A stretch of 64,000 bases of DNA from an uncultured virus (IMG/VR IMGVR_UViG_3300020056_000009) (Duplodnaviria; Heunggongvirae; Uroviricota; Caudoviricetes). Where the stretch lies: the IMG/VR virus record IMGVR_UViG_3300020056_000009. One strand, written 5' to 3'. The position numbers and the translations under genes are program-made. The notes below the pieces were generated by a model. That model saw only the letters and a program-made list of their open reading frames with translations, was not told the DNA's origin and did no database searches. Of this stretch, positions 28,370-37,190 are shown in pieces; the stretch's first letter is position 1; the number at the start of each line of letters is the position of its first letter.

Positions 28370-28689
28370 TTATCTTGTCAGATACCGATTTATCAGGAGT
28401 CGAAGAGGCTCTACGAGATTTCGCTCTTATGATGGAGGGGTTTTTAGCCGACTCCGATAGTTATGCTGTGGCTCTTAACAATTTAGAACATACTGTTGGT
28501 GACCTCAAAGAAGACCTTTCCGGATTATTGAAAACAGTTCGTGATGGTAATGGACAACCACCGCTTACTACCCGTTTGGCAGTTATCGAAGAAAAAGTGG
28601 CTGAAGCCGATCGAAAACTAAATCGATGGTGGGCTTTGTTAGTAGCCGCCGTTCCAGGTTTCTTGGCTTTCTTGCAAAACATGATGTGA
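28366..28689 (+). CDS. coiled-coil tail-anchored protein
   Basis: heptads, GNGQPPL, C-terminal WWALLVAAVPGFLAFL. Confidence 0.75.
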   Translation: MIILSDTDLSGVEEALRDFALMMEGFLADSDSYAVALNNLEHTVGDLKEDLSGLLKTVRDGNGQPPLTTRLAVIEEKVAEADRKLNRWWALLVAAVPGFLAFLQNMM

Positions 28690-28711
28690 TATTTTACCGT
28701 TGTAAAATATC
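28688..28711. terminator. perfect 10-bp stem hairpin after gene end
   Basis: GATATTTTAC-cgtt-GTAAAATATC; function inferred from position only. Confidence 0.4.
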
Positions 28712-28725
28712 GGGTCTTGAAGACA
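28712..28725 (+). repeat. GGGTCTTGAAGACA copy 5 (intergenic)
   Basis: exact match, between the hairpin and a TATA box. Confidence 0.9.
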
Positions 28726-28759
28726 AATTATAAATAGTCGGAAGGGTTTATTATATACC

Positions 28760-29098
28760 ATGCCTTATTCCAATCCTGAGAAAAAGAAGCAGTATATGGC
28801 TCAATACAATAAAAAGTATTATCAAGCCAATGCTGAAGATATCAAGCCTCGTGCTAAATCCAATAAGAAATCCCTTCGTCAAGAAAAACACGATTGGTTG
28901 GTTTCTGCTTTAGGAGGTTCTTGCCCCCATTGTAATCAAACTACTTGGCAATATCTAAGAATTAGATCTCTTGATGAATCAGTCTTGCCCATGCCCGTCG
29001 AAGATCAATCTTGGGAAAAAATCCGTAGTTATACTTCGGAGGCTCGTTTGATTTGCACGGTTTGTGAATTAGATTCTAAACGACGAAACCCAAACTAA
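28760..29098 (+). CDS. degenerate HNH-like protein
   Basis: MPYSNPEKKKQY..LGGSCPHC..LICTVC; paralog of 33115 lacking the His residues. Confidence 0.7.
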   Translation: MPYSNPEKKKQYMAQYNKKYYQANAEDIKPRAKSNKKSLRQEKHDWLVSALGGSCPHCNQTTWQYLRIRSLDESVLPMPVEDQSWEKIRSYTSEARLICTVCELDSKRRNPN

Positions 29099-29131
29099 AA
29101 CTTTATATAGATGATATCCCTAATGGATATC

Positions 29132-30283
29132 ATGGCGAACTTAATCGTTCTCGGACCCACCAATTTGTATAAAATCGATACTACGGGATCTATCCGACAT
29201 TGGAAAGGTTGGGTAGAACAAGTTGGCTCTAATCATGTCATCAAAGTTTCTACGGGTGTTAAAGGAGGAAAAATGACTACTACTAAGGGTGTAGTGGTTA
29301 CCAAAGGAAAAGCCGGACGCACTTTGGGACAACAATCTAAATCACAATTTGATTCTATTGTTCAAAAGAAAAAAGATTCGGGATATACTACCAATGCTTC
29401 TGGAAAAGGGTCTTCCGGAGGAGTTAGGGTTTCGGCTATGTTGGCTCAAAACTATGAAAAACACGCTAAGAAAATTAAATTACCTGCGGTGGCACAACCC
29501 AAATTAGACGGAGTTCGTTGCTTGGCACAAATGCACAAAGGAAAAGTAATTTTGCTATCTCGTAATAACAAACCCTTCCCAGAACTCCCCGGTATTAGAG
29601 ATGCTATTAAAAAGATTAAACTCCCTGAAGGCATTATTTTGGATGGAGAGTTATATTCTACGGAACTTGGAAAAGACCAAGCCGAAAACTTCCAACGAGT
29701 CGTGGGCTTAGTAAGGAAACAAAAATTGAAGCCACAAGATGTAGATGATTCTAAGAAAGTAAAACTCAATGTTTTCGATCTTATTGATACCGCCGACCCC
29801 GGCAAAACTTTTGCTAAGCGATATAAAGAGGCTACTTCTTGGGTAAAAAAAGATTCTTCTAAGCGATTGACGATGGTTCCAATTTATCAAGTTAAATCCG
29901 ATAACGATATTCAAAAACTGCTCACCAAAAATCTTCAAGATGGCTACGAAGGAGTCATGATTCGCAATGTTGCCAGCCCCTATGAAGGAAAGCGATCTTA
30001 CAATCTTCAAAAGTATAAGAAATTCGATGATGAAGAATTCAAAATTGTAGGTTATCAAGAAGGACAAGGCAATGATGCCGGCACAGTTATTTGGACTTGT
30101 GAAGTTCCCAAAACCAAGAAACGATTTACGGTGCGTCCTAAAGGCACTCGTGCTGAAAGAGCCAAATTACTCAAGGATGGCAAAAAGTATGTCGGCAAAA
30201 AATTGACGGTTAAGTTCCAAGATTACACTTCTGCCGGAATTCCACGATTCCCTGTGGGCTTAACTATTCGTGATTACGAGTGA
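29132..30283 (+). CDS. lig: ATP-dependent DNA ligase with N-terminal WGR-like domain
   Basis: QPKLDGVR, LDGELY, VFDL, EGVMIR, LQKYK, PRFP. Confidence 0.95.
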   Translation: MANLIVLGPTNLYKIDTTGSIRHWKGWVEQVGSNHVIKVSTGVKGGKMTTTKGVVVTKGKAGRTLGQQSKSQFDSIVQKKKDSGYTTNASGKGSSGGVRVSAMLAQNYEKHAKKIKLPAVAQPKLDGVRCLAQMHKGKVILLSRNNKPFPELPGIRDAIKKIKLPEGIILDGELYSTELGKDQAENFQRVVGLVRKQKLKPQDVDDSKKVKLNVFDLIDTADPGKTFAKRYKEATSWVKKDSSKRLTMVPIYQVKSDNDIQKLLTKNLQDGYEGVMIRNVASPYEGKRSYNLQKYKKFDDEEFKIVGYQEGQGNDAGTVIWTCEVPKTKKRFTVRPKGTRAERAKLLKDGKKYVGKKLTVKFQDYTSAGIPRFPVGLTIRDYE

Positions 30284-30316
30284 AATTATAAGTAGTAGTG
30301 ATGATAACATCATCAC

Positions 30317-30718
30317 ATGGAAATCATTAATTGGATTAAGGAAACTCCTGAAATCTTTTTTGTGGCTTCTTACGGCAGTTATGACCAAGACCAAACCATT
30401 CAGTTTTTCACACGAAAAAATTATGAAAAAATTATTTTTAATTGGCATATTTCACCTCTCGTTGATTATTGGAATACTGGTGAATGTAAACTTTTAGAAC
30501 TCAAAATGATGCCGGATATTAGTGAGCGTCCCATGTGGCGAGAAATCTATCAAAATTATTCTCCTGAAGAGGACAATTATGTTCCCACACCCGAACAAAT
30601 TGAAGTAGTTTTACAAAATAGAATTGGAGAGATTTTATCAGGAGAGATCTTTCAAATTAGTTTTACTTCTTCGGATGACCAATATTATGCCCTTACTACC
30701 GGAGTTGTAAGATTATGA
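30317..30718 (+). CDS. hypothetical protein, IINW N-terminus
   Basis: MEIINWIKE; promoter-hairpin GTGATGAT-aac-ATCATCAC-ATG. Confidence 0.75.
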   Translation: MEIINWIKETPEIFFVASYGSYDQDQTIQFFTRKNYEKIIFNWHISPLVDYWNTGECKLLELKMMPDISERPMWREIYQNYSPEEDNYVPTPEQIEVVLQNRIGEILSGEIFQISFTSSDDQYYALTTGVVRL

Positions 30719-31095
30719 GTGGCATTATCAATTGGCTAAAAACTGGATATGAACCTCCCTTTTGGATTGTAATCCAATATAATGTTGCTGCCATGAGAGT
30801 AAAAAAAGTAAAAAACTTTGCAAGCGGAATCAATCTAATTTTGGAAAGCATCCATAGTTTTTGGGAATTAGATGGAGATGGCGATAATTACTCTTTACAA
30901 GATGGAGATGCATTAACCTTTATTATAGGCAAACAAGATCCAATACAATATGGAGAAACAATTATTTTTGAAAATGATCTTCTTGAATTAAAAGAAGAAC
31001 CATTTATACAAGTTAAACAGTATATTGAAGATAATGGTGATTATTCTGATTGGATTATTTGTAAATCTACGGATCTTACGGAGGCATGGCAATGA
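30715..31095 (+). CDS. hypothetical protein, IINWL N-terminus
   Basis: MSGIINWLKT; coupled to upstream gene. Confidence 0.75.
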   Translation: MSGIINWLKTGYEPPFWIVIQYNVAAMRVKKVKNFASGINLILESIHSFWELDGDGDNYSLQDGDALTFIIGKQDPIQYGETIIFENDLLELKEEPFIQVKQYIEDNGDYSDWIICKSTDLTEAWQ

Positions 31096-31439
31096 ATCTA
31101 ATTAATTGGCTACGACGACCCGATCGATATTGGATATGGATTAACATTGGTCAAAATCAATATGAAGGTCCTCTTATGGAGGTCCAAGTTATGTTATTTC
31201 CAGAAGTTGTTGATGAATATGTGGCTTGGCAAATAGAAGAGTTTACTTATGATGATTACGAAATGGTAAAAGTTAAAACTGACCTCAATGAATTATCTCG
31301 TTCCTTTTTATCAAAATTTATTTACACTCCCGAAGTAGACGGTGACCCCACGAAAGAAATTATCAGTTTCCAAAGATATCGAGGTAAAAAAGGAGATCGT
31401 TATCTAACTACTTCCTATTTATTTGAGGTGAAAGCATGA
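31092..31439 (+). CDS. hypothetical protein, LINWL N-terminus
   Basis: MNLINWLRR; GGAGG SD. Confidence 0.75.
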   Translation: MNLINWLRRPDRYWIWINIGQNQYEGPLMEVQVMLFPEVVDEYVAWQIEEFTYDDYEMVKVKTDLNELSRSFLSKFIYTPEVDGDPTKEIISFQRYRGKKGDRYLTTSYLFEVKA

Positions 31440-31708
31440 CGACTAAAGAAGATATTTTAAAGGCTATGGAAGCCGAAAAGCATAAAATCATGGCTTCCAG
31501 CGTTAAACCCCAAATGCAACCCAATCTAACTGCCCAAGATATTGTTAATGCTCATTATGAGGCCATCCGTCCTGGAAAAGGTGGTCAAAAGATTGGAGCC
31601 GACAGTAAATTAGGAGCACCTAAACCCGCTACCGATATTACGAAAGCACCCAATGTTGATTTCGAAATCCCCGGAATTCGAGAGATGCTCAAAAAAGATA
31701 GGCGTTGA
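31436..31708 (+). CDS. hypothetical protein
   Basis: GAGGTGA SD; ATGA coupling. Confidence 0.7.
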   Translation: MTTKEDILKAMEAEKHKIMASSVKPQMQPNLTAQDIVNAHYEAIRPGKGGQKIGADSKLGAPKPATDITKAPNVDFEIPGIREMLKKDRR

Positions 31709-31712
31709 TTTT

Positions 31713-32111
31713 ATGACGGATATACAACCACACCAACAGAAAGTTTTAGATTATCTTGGAACTGATGTATCTACTACTGGCATAACTTCTATGGATTTTC
31801 AAGATGCTCTACGATGGTTATATTCTGAAGGTTGGTATTTTGATACCGATCCGGAGGCATGGGATGAAACTGATAACTTGATAACCTATTTAATAAAAGA
31901 CATACAAACTAATGGTGATTTTAGTGATTATATGGATGCATTTGGGGTGAAAGGAACATATCTCTATTTTGCATCATTCACTATGAATGACCCAATTTTA
32001 ATGAGGTGGGGAATTACTAATCCCGGATACGATATGTGGCCTAATGATTATATCAAGTTTGCACTTGGAATTGGATATCATGCTATCAACAAAAGAAATA
32101 TATTGAGGTGA
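31713..32111 (+). CDS. hypothetical protein, AIN tag
   Basis: ends GYHAINKRNILR. Confidence 0.7.
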   Translation: MTDIQPHQQKVLDYLGTDVSTTGITSMDFQDALRWLYSEGWYFDTDPEAWDETDNLITYLIKDIQTNGDFSDYMDAFGVKGTYLYFASFTMNDPILMRWGITNPGYDMWPNDYIKFALGIGYHAINKRNILR

Positions 32112-32115
32112 TATT

Positions 32116-32748
32116 ATGTTTGCAATTAATTATTTTTCACCTTGGAAATTCGGACCTATCGTCCCTGAAATACCGATTAGTAAGTATCAAGATAAACTTC
32201 AGGAAATCAACGATGTGGTAGAGTTCGGCTATCCCGATGAATGGTTGGAAATACATAACTTTCAAGTTGTTGGTAATTTGGAGCATCTTCTGACAGGGGC
32301 TCTTTTTAGGCTTCACATAGGTTTCGATGCTATGGTGGAGCAACATCGAGAGGGTTTCTCTTTCATGAATTATTTTGTTAGCATGGAACCTCTCAACCAA
32401 GCCGCCAAGGATTTCCAGAAACATCCCGAGGTTAGGGAACTGGTTCCCGATACCGATCCAAGTTGGAATGGCGATGCTCTATCGAGTTACTCGGCACCCT
32501 ACCATACATGGATTCAACTCGCTAATGGGATGGAGGATAGGGAATACAGGGCGAAACCAATTATAGATTTTTCAAAAAGGTGGAACATTCCACTTCAACC
32601 CCTCGATCTTCGTAAGATATGGCATGATTTTGTTGATCTCTCTAAATATCCTAATTTAGAGTTGGAAGCGAATCTTTCCCACCCGACTCAGAATCCAAGG
32701 TCTCAAGGTCTGACCCATTATTTCAAGGTGGCGGCTGCACATAAATAA
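32116..32748 (+). CDS. hypothetical protein, N-terminal AINY
   Basis: GAGGTGATATTATG SD; MFAINYF. Confidence 0.75.
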   Translation: MFAINYFSPWKFGPIVPEIPISKYQDKLQEINDVVEFGYPDEWLEIHNFQVVGNLEHLLTGALFRLHIGFDAMVEQHREGFSFMNYFVSMEPLNQAAKDFQKHPEVRELVPDTDPSWNGDALSSYSAPYHTWIQLANGMEDREYRAKPIIDFSKRWNIPLQPLDLRKIWHDFVDLSKYPNLELEANLSHPTQNPRSQGLTHYFKVAAAHK

Positions 32749-32797
32749 AAGAAAGATATAAGTAGGTGGTCACCTACAAACTTTTTAGTTGATAATT

Positions 32798-33109
32798 ATG
32801 TGGGATGATATCTTTAACAATTATTTTAGAACATACCGAAGACCTTATACGACCCGTCGATTTGACAACTTTTATGTCGATCTTTATCGTATGATGGAAG
32901 AAGCCCTTGATGAAGTAGAACCCAAACCTGAACCACCCAAGCCGGAATTCAAAATTGTGTCTACTAAAACGGTTAAGCGAAACGGTAATACTTACCGTGT
33001 TACTGTCGAAAAATTATCAGATTCAGAAGAATCCGATGACACCCCTGAAGTTCAAATTGATGAATCGGCGGAAGACTTTGACGAAGACACCAAGAATGAT
33101 ATGGCTTGA
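32798..33109 (+). CDS. hypothetical protein with acidic tail
   Basis: TATAAGTAG promoter with GTAGGTG-gt-CACCTAC palindrome. Confidence 0.7.
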   Translation: MWDDIFNNYFRTYRRPYTTRRFDNFYVDLYRMMEEALDEVEPKPEPPKPEFKIVSTKTVKRNGNTYRVTVEKLSDSEESDDTPEVQIDESAEDFDEDTKNDMA

Positions 33110-33114
33110 TAGTT

Positions 33115-33516
33115 ATGCCTTTCAAAGATCCGGAAAAGCGAAAGGAATATCAAAAACAGTATCAACGCAAGTATTATCTCAACAATAAAACTGCGTTTAT
33201 CAATAGATCTGTTGCCAATAAGCGTTTGCGTCGTCAAGAAAAGAAAGATTGGCTCCATGCCCAATTGGGTGGTGTCTGTCAAAAATGTGGCTACAATAAC
33301 CCCGCCGGATTAGATGTTCATCACACCGATTCTACCCTCAAACAGAATTGGGGCACCATTCGTCCCGGACAACAAGGAGGTAGCGGAGTCATCCGACCTA
33401 AAGGCATCACAGATTATTCTTGGAAAGACCTCAAAGCCAAACTTCACACTTTAGAATTACTCTGTTCTAATTGTCATCGAGAACATCATGCCGAATCCGA
33501 TGATTCGGAAGAATGA
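33115..33516 (+). CDS. HNH endonuclease-like protein
   Basis: MPFKDPEKRKEY..CQKCG..LDVHH..LCSNCHREHH. Confidence 0.8.
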   Translation: MPFKDPEKRKEYQKQYQRKYYLNNKTAFINRSVANKRLRRQEKKDWLHAQLGGVCQKCGYNNPAGLDVHHTDSTLKQNWGTIRPGQQGGSGVIRPKGITDYSWKDLKAKLHTLELLCSNCHREHHAESDDSEE

Positions 33517-33606
33517 TACATAAAACCATAAACTATAAATAGGAGAAAACATTTACTTATAGGTTAGAGGGAACAGAGGGTTCCCTATGAATAACTATAT
33601 AGGAAA

Positions 33607-35334
33607 ATGATTACTATGAAAACTAATACATTCAAAAACACGATGCTTACAATTTTAACTGCCCTAATGCTTGCTATGTCAGCAGGCGTTGTAGCCGCAG
33701 CCGGTTCCGATCCTTTGGACCCTGCTGACGGTGGTGCTGATTGGGACGGCGATGGTCTAACCAACTCCGAAGAACAATCTCAAGGCACTAACATGAACAA
33801 CGCTGACTCGGATGGCGATGGACTTCCTGATGGATGGGAAGTAAACAATGGACTTAATCCCACTTCAGGCGGCGATGCAAACGCCGACCCTGATGGTGAT
33901 GGTCTAACCAACGCTCAAGAGTATGCTAAGGGCACAAACCCCAACAACGCTGATACTGATGGTGATGGTAAACCCGATAACACCGACCAGTTCCCAACCG
34001 ATCCTAATGATGGTGAATACTCTGATTCTGATGGCGACGGTATTCCTGATGCTTACGACCCCGATTTCCAAGAATCCCAAGCCGGTAGCGGCGACGGTGG
34101 CACCGAAGGCGGTGGCGAATCCGAAGCCGGTGGCCAAGGTCAAGGTCAAGGACAGGGACAAGGACAAGGTCAAGGACAGGGACAAGGTCAAGGTCAAGGA
34201 CAAGGTCAGGGTCAAGGTCAAGGACAAGGACAAGGACAGGGTCAGGGACAAGGTCAGGGTCAAGGTCAGGGACAGGGACAAGGACAAGGTCAAGGACAGG
34301 GACAAGGTCAAGGTCAAGGACAAGGTCAGGGTCAAGGACAGGGTCAAGGACAAGGCCAAGGCCAAGGACAATCACAAGGTCAAGGACAAAGCGGCCAGCA
34401 GGGTCAGCAAGGCCAACAAGGACAACAGGGCCAACAGGGACAACAGGGGCAACAAGGCCAGCAAGGTCAGCAAGGTCAGCAAGGCCAACAGGGACAGTCC
34501 GGCCAACAGGGGCAACAAGGACAACAAGGCCAACAACAAGATAATGGTCAAGGCCAACAACAACAAGGTGGACAACAGGGTGGTCAGCAAGGCGATCAAC
34601 AAGCCGGAGACCAAAATGGTGCTAACCAAAACGGACAAAACGAGCAACAGCAAGGTCAAACCCAGAATGGACAACAAGGCCAACAGGGGCAACAAAGCGA
34701 CCAACAACAAGGACAACAATTGGACGGCCAATCCGAGTTTGATAACGACGGTGACGGCATTCCTGACGAGTTGGACAACGATGATGACAATGACGGTATT
34801 CCCGATATTCTCGACGACAACCCTATGGACCACGACAACGATGGAATTGCCGACTTTGAAGACGACGATGATGACGGCGACGGCATCGCTGACGATGAAG
34901 AAGTCAATGATGGCGACCCCAACACCAACATCTATGACCATGATAACGACGGCATTTCCGATGTAGTCGATTTGGACATCGACAATGATGGTATTGACAA
35001 CCGCATGGACTTCTATGATAACGGTAGCGATGCTTCCCGTGACCACGACAACGATGGTCTCAACGATGCTGTGGATTCTGATGATGACAATGACGACATC
35101 CTCGATGTTGATGAAGTGGATGGTGCTTTCGGATCTTACCGCTACGACCACGACAACGATGGTATTTGGGATTCTACCGATACCGACGATGACAACGATG
35201 GTCTATCAGATTGGTTCGAGAACAACGACGGAAACGACCTCACGGGTCAATTTGACCACGACAACGACGGTGCTGACGACCACGAAGACTCCGACGACGA
35301 CAACGACGGTATCATCGACAACTTGGAACTGTGA
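33607..35334 (+). CDS. secreted protein with TSP3-like Ca-binding DxDGDG repeats flanking a GQ/GQQ low-complexity tract
   Basis: signal peptide; many D[SH]D[GN]DG repeats; ~40 GQ then GQQ units. Confidence 0.9.
   Translation: MITMKTNTFKNTMLTILTALMLAMSAGVVAAAGSDPLDPADGGADWDGDGLTNSEEQSQGTNMNNADSDGDGLPDGWEVNNGLNPTSGGDANADPDGDGLTNAQEYAKGTNPNNADTDGDGKPDNTDQFPTDPNDGEYSDSDGDGIPDAYDPDFQESQAGSGDGGTEGGGESEAGGQGQGQGQGQGQGQGQGQGQGQGQGQGQGQGQGQGQGQGQGQGQGQGQGQGQGQGQGQGQGQGQGQGQGQGQGQGQGQGQSQGQGQSGQQGQQGQQGQQGQQGQQGQQGQQGQQGQQGQQGQSGQQGQQGQQGQQQDNGQGQQQQGGQQGGQQGDQQAGDQNGANQNGQNEQQQGQTQNGQQGQQGQQSDQQQGQQLDGQSEFDNDGDGIPDELDNDDDNDGIPDILDDNPMDHDNDGIADFEDDDDDGDGIADDEEVNDGDPNTNIYDHDNDGISDVVDLDIDNDGIDNRMDFYDNGSDASRDHDNDGLNDAVDSDDDNDDILDVDEVDGAFGSYRYDHDNDGIWDSTDTDDDNDGLSDWFENNDGNDLTGQFDHDNDGADDHEDSDDDNDGIIDNLEL
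34132..34540 (+). repeat. coding tandem repeat (GGN CAR)n then (GGN CAR CAR)n
   Basis: 6-nt and 9-nt periodicity; 34150-34217 identical to 34270-34337. Confidence 0.95.
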
Positions 35335-35367
35335 AGATTACTACCCACATAATAGGTAATGATGGAC

Positions 35368-35387
35368 GGGATTCTACATAGAATCCC
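35368..35387. terminator. 9-bp stem hairpin downstream of the GQ gene
   Basis: GGGATTCTA-ca-TAGAATCCC. Confidence 0.4.
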
Positions 35388-35457
35388 CTCTGGAACTTAT
35401 TTCGTGGCTATTATCTTAACGCAAAGTAATAAATAGTAGAGAGATTAATTATTTAAC

Positions 35458-36318
35458 ATGGGTCGTTACACAATAACTTCCGCAACACAGTTGTGGGGTT
35501 TAATAACTAATTCCTTTACCACCAGCGGTTGGCGAGCCCATGGGTTTTTCAATTGGAGTTATGCCCCCCAGCCATCCACACATATAATTGATCAGGCTAT
35601 TGAAACTACTCAATCTACTGTTTGGGGTCATTTTTCAGCATTAATGGCTTGGTATTCATTAGATATTGCAAAACCTACTTGGGTGACAGACCCTAATTGG
35701 CTAAATATTTGGGCTCAGATACAACAAAAAAATTATTTTGAAGTTGATAATATCAACACTCGGAGATATGGAAACCGAAACATTGATTTCAATGATTTTT
35801 TTCAATGGTTAAAAGGTCATACTGCAGATGCTACTCGGGAAGTTTATGATTGGTATCCGGCCAACCGACCAGCCGGTTGGAAGGCTCAATTAGGACCTGC
35901 TAAAACCTTTCCCGGATTACTTGTTATTGATGCCAAAGGCAACGCCCCCAATCAATTTAAACCCAAAGGGCCTTTGCTACAATATACCTATAATGCTGGC
36001 ACCAAAAATGCCATTACTAATACCATTATGGTTGCCAAAACCCATGAAGTTGTCAAAGATTATGCAAAATACAAAGCCTCACCCGGGTGGCGAGGGCAGC
36101 CCTATGACCTCAATCAAATGTGGTCTCAAGGCTCTGCAAAAATGCCTTATCAAGATTGGATCGATGAATTAGAATCGGGTAATAGAAATCGAAATTGGAT
36201 GATGTATTCTGATGCTAATTCTCCAATTTTTTCTAAATTTATATCCGGCGTGGTTAAGGAAAAACAAACATTTATTCCCACTATCAATTACGAATATCGT
36301 TATTATGAGTTATTGTAA
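35458..36318 (+). CDS. hypothetical Trp-rich protein, TIN tag
   Basis: AATAAATAG 30 nt upstream; ends IPTINYEYRYYELL. Confidence 0.8.
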   Translation: MGRYTITSATQLWGLITNSFTTSGWRAHGFFNWSYAPQPSTHIIDQAIETTQSTVWGHFSALMAWYSLDIAKPTWVTDPNWLNIWAQIQQKNYFEVDNINTRRYGNRNIDFNDFFQWLKGHTADATREVYDWYPANRPAGWKAQLGPAKTFPGLLVIDAKGNAPNQFKPKGPLLQYTYNAGTKNAITNTIMVAKTHEVVKDYAKYKASPGWRGQPYDLNQMWSQGSAKMPYQDWIDELESGNRNRNWMMYSDANSPIFSKFISGVVKEKQTFIPTINYEYRYYELL

Positions 36319-36357
36319 ATCTAAAATTATAAATAGTCGAATGAGGAACCATTCGAC

Positions 36358-36621
36358 ATGAGATCTCTACGACAGAATGACCTCACCGAATTGTTTGCCG
36401 AGTTTGAAACTCTGCGTCGTAAATATGAACAAATGGTGGCAGATTATTCTTCTAAGGTAGTTAGTGCTGGAAAAGCCAAAAATCTTAAATTGGCTTTAAG
36501 ATATTCTTCCCAAGTTGCCGTTTATCGAGAAAGACTCGGATATTGTGTGGGCGTGTTAGCCATGATTCGTTGGCTTAGCGGTGGTCGCCAACCCCGGCTA
36601 AATCCCACCCGTCACAGATAA
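36358..36621 (+). CDS. hypothetical helical protein
   Basis: promoter-hairpin GTCGAATG-aggaac-CATTCGAC-ATG. Confidence 0.75.
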   Translation: MRSLRQNDLTELFAEFETLRRKYEQMVADYSSKVVSAGKAKNLKLALRYSSQVAVYRERLGYCVGVLAMIRWLSGGRQPRLNPTRHR

Positions 36622-36652
36622 TTATAAATAGTCGAATGGATAACCATTTGAC

Positions 36653-36850
36653 ATGAATTGGACACAAGTTGCAGGAATCGCTGCTATTGTCGGCGGTGGA
36701 TATTTTGCTATCGCCAATCTTCGTGCCCTTTATGGCATGGGCTGTCACCGACCTGCTTCGCTTTTAGTAGGTTCTATCGGAGCCATCTATCTCGGTCTAC
36801 GGTTGGTGCAATCAACACCTAAGGCTGAGGAGGCTTCTTCAGATGAGTAA
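36653..36850 (+). CDS. small two-TM membrane protein
   Basis: two hydrophobic helices; promoter-hairpin upstream. Confidence 0.75.
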   Translation: MNWTQVAGIAAIVGGGYFAIANLRALYGMGCHRPASLLVGSIGAIYLGLRLVQSTPKAEEASSDE

Positions 36851-37190
36851 TTATTCTGAGTTTATGGCTGCCCTTCGTGAGCAACGCCAAAAGGAACTTC
36901 GCCAGCAAGCCGTCTTAGGATTGAATCAAAAACACCAAGAGTCTCCCGATACCCGATTGCTCCCCCTCCCCTCAGACCCCACCCCCTTCCATCCGGAAAA
37001 TCAAAAACCCTCGTGGATTAACCAAGTAAATCACCACATGGACCTTCCGGAAATCAAAGCCGAATTAGACCGTGAAAAACGCCGAGAACAAATTAATTCT
37101 ACTCTTTATGGACAAAAACAACGGGTTTCTCTTACCCAATTGATCACTCGCCGTGCTCTTCGTCGCTTAAACCACCATGATGATAGGTGA
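36843..37190 (+). CDS. hypothetical protein
   Basis: GAGGAGG SD. Confidence 0.7.
   Translation: MSNYSEFMAALREQRQKELRQQAVLGLNQKHQESPDTRLLPLPSDPTPFHPENQKPSWINQVNHHMDLPEIKAELDREKRREQINSTLYGQKQRVSLTQLITRRALRRLNHHDDR

Noticed and set aside
32798..33109. Small heat-shock protein
   Set aside because: The N-terminus is reminiscent, but no alpha-crystallin domain is evident
34132..34540. Possible CRISPR array or non-coding satellite
   Set aside because: There are no unique spacers, and variation is confined to third codon positions of Gly/Gln
33904..35359. Long alternative-frame and antisense ORFs over the GQ/TSP3 gene (LSLTL.., KVKDKD.., VLDLD..)
   Set aside because: These are by-products of low-complexity repeats lacking stop codons; none has a promoter or SD
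35335..35457. tRNA or structured ncRNA in the larger intergenic gaps (also 25694-25775, 41601-41726)
   Set aside because: No cloverleaf or T-loop consensus; only short hairpins
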